This document shows positions 61,713-64,000 of a DNA stretch of 64,000 nt, one piece after another. The stretch covers positions 8,000,001 through 8,064,000 of the forward strand of contig NC_086109.1 of NCBI RefSeq assembly GCF_963921235.1, read 5' to 3'. The notes under the pieces are model-generated. The model was not told where the DNA came from, did no database searches, and saw only the letters and a list, made by a program, of their open reading frames with translations. This DNA comes from Mobula hypostoma (Eukaryota). Every line of letters begins with the position of its first letter. The first letter of the stretch is position 1. Made by a program: the position numbers and the translations under genes.

Positions 61713-63227
61713 CACATCTTGCCAGGAGATCTCTTACTCCTGCATTCATCCTGTTGACCCTCCCTCCCTTCTACCTTCCCCTTTCCTCAGATAAAATGCT
61801 GTAAATGCCCTTTTAACTTCATCCCAACTCTCCCCCCACCTCTTACCTGGTTTCACCTAACACCTGCCATCTTTTACTCCTTCCCCTCTCCAACTTATTC
61901 TGGCTTCTCCCCCCACCCCACCCCACCCCTCAGCTTACTTCCCAGTTATGATAAAGCCTTGGCCCTAAATGTCGGCAGTTTATTCCCCCTCCGTAGAAGC
62001 TGCCTGACCTGCTGAGTTCAAAGATTCAAAGTACATTTATTATCAAAGTGCCTATGCAGTATACAATCCTCGGATTCTTCTTACCACCAACAGCCACGAA
62101 ATAAAGAAGCACCATGGAACCCTTTCAAAGAAAAACATTAGACCCCCTCCACCGCGCGCAGACAAAAACGTATTGTGCAAATGACAAAAGAAAGAGCAAG
62201 AAACACAGAATAATTAAGCACAAAATCAAAAGAGTTCAAAAATATTCATTGTGGTTCAACCCGGAGCTGTATGTCTTTTACTACCTGCAGGCCACCCCGA
62301 TCAAAATCGCCCAAAAGGGGAACAACCAGAAAACAGAATCCACCATTTTGTGTGTATTTTACTCTGGATTCCTATCATCTCCTGCGCTTCAGATCAGCCT
62401 GCAATGTGATTTAAGTGTAGCTTTTTATATTATTTTTCAGCTGATACGAAGGATAAGTGGATTAAATATTACAGGTGGCTGCCTGAGGCGCAGCAGCACT
62501 TGGGGAATGTGCTTTGTTTTTCCATAAGCAACAGCCTTTGTGATGTATGTGGTTCCCCACAGGAGATTGCAGGGAGTGTTAGAGGAACTGATGAAATTCA
62601 GGTGCTCAGATCTTTTTCTCTCTCTCATGTGCACCCAGCCTATTTGATATTGAGCAGGATTTGTTTGTCAACAGAATAAAACCTGTATGAATTGGCATGG
62701 AAGCCTCTTGTGACATCCTGACATCCTTTGAGTGTGTGTTTTCCAAGTGTTAATGTTCATGTCGTTCTGTGAGGTGTCTCACATCGAGCCCTTATGGTGT
62801 CATTTCCGGTTTCAAATTACAGATAAAATGCCTCATCTCTTTTTGCATGAATCTTAAAAATTTTGGCTTGCTGGAGGAGTTGTGTTGAGTTGTGTCCCTA
62901 GTGAGGTTTTTAGCTTGCTTGCCTTTGAATATACTGAGCCTGTTCCTTCAATTAAAAAGAAATTAATTTCTGCAAGCCACGGGAAGAGTGCCGTTTTGCC
63001 AGACCAGGTAGAGAACTGATAATCCAAAATGGCAGCCACCTGGACCGAAGTCTGTGGATCCCACGTTGATGGTCAGCTGTAGAGTCATACCCTGTGGAAG
63101 CAGGCTGTTTGGTTCAACTGATCCATCCGGAATGAGATTCCCATCCAGACAAGTCTGGTTTGGCCCATGTAAGCCCCTCCTATCCACGTGTCTGTTTTTA
63201 ATGGTTAATGTATCGGCCTCATTGGTT

Positions 63228-63742
63228 GTTCTCTACCAAAGAAGGTGTTAAGGTGTTCCTTCCTTCCCTCACCACACTACCTGTTCCCTCACCACACTAC
63301 CTGTTCCCTCACCACACTACCTGTTCCCTCACCACACTACCTGTCACCCTCACCACACTACCTGTCACCCTCACCACACTACCTGTCACCCTCACCACAC
63401 TACCTGTTCCCTCACCACACTACCTGTCACCCTCGGGCAAGTTGTAGCACCTGATAGCCCCCCCCCCCGCAAAAGATCAAGGTCACATGAAGCCATGGGA
63501 GCAGCTGGTGGATGGTCGCACGAGCAGCCAGTACATATCACAAGTCCTGGCTATGCAACCACTGACACCAGGAAATCTCTGAAGAGTATTGATAACGGCC
63601 GGCTGGGGTCACCCATCTTGTGAAGACGCTGCCCAGAAGAAGGCAGTGATAGACCACTTCCGTAGAAAATCTTGCCAAGAACAGTCATGGTCATAGACCA
63701 TGATCACCCACATCATACAACATAGCACATGATGATAATGAT
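63228..63742 (+). mobile_element. RTE-related non-autonomous retroposon, family copy 4, containing a minisatellite
   Basis: tctctaccaaag...gggcaag...gcccagaagaaggcag...atgatgataatgat. Confidence 0.7.
63265..63434 (+). repeat. 20/21-bp minisatellite, about 8 units
   Basis: accacactac recurs at 63271, 63291, 63311, 63331, 63352, 63373, 63394, 63414. Confidence 0.95.
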
Positions 63743-64000
63743 CTGCCTCAACCAGTTCCTCTTGCAATTTGTTCCATATACCTGATAGTCAGCAATACCA
63801 CTCTGAGTATATGGCACTGGAGGTTGAATGTTAATCCATAGGCTTTATTGAAATAGTGTAGGACAGCTTAAAATATAAAACAGCACAGACCCTTCAGCCA
63901 TGATGCTCTGACCCTTTAACCTACTTTCAGATCAATCTAACCCTTCCCTCTCACATAGCCCTCCCTTTTGCTTTCATTCCCGTGCCTATCTAAGAGTTTA

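Noticed and set aside
62441..62680. Open frame after a tatttttcag acceptor
   Set aside because: Peptide unrecognisable and no strong donor; compatible with chance
63208..63454. Repetitive ORFs (TTLPV / SPHYL repeats)
   Set aside because: Translations of the 20/21-bp minisatellite

Overview
Vertebrate genomic DNA, very likely a cartilaginous fish (ray or shark). This is inferred from its repeat complement: V-domain tRNA-SINEs, CR1, Rex1/Babar, Penelope-like elements (PLE), RTE, L1/Tx1, and hAT and Tc1 MITEs. Most of the window is decayed, often nested, transposable elements. The only clear host-gene signal is a CpG-island Pol II promoter at ~8.8-9.6 kb, with ZNF143/THAP11-type, NRF1-like, CCAAT and GC boxes. 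It is followed by a probable long non-coding first exon ending at a GTAAGT donor (9910/9911), so 9.9-64 kb is most simply intronic sequence of an unidentified + strand gene. I recognise no host coding exon. Main observations: (1) three TSD-flanked ~200-bp fold-back PLE insertions, one with an intact minimal hammerhead ribozyme; (2) a solitary CpG-decayed 5S rRNA copy; (3) an 86-bp tandem array made from a LINE-tail/SINE-head junction; (4) two tandem Pol III B-boxes in the putative 5' UTR; (5) a near-intact 2.6-kb CR1 ORF2 with only two lesions. TE family names come from motif recognition by eye, not database searches, and boundaries without a TSD are approximate.
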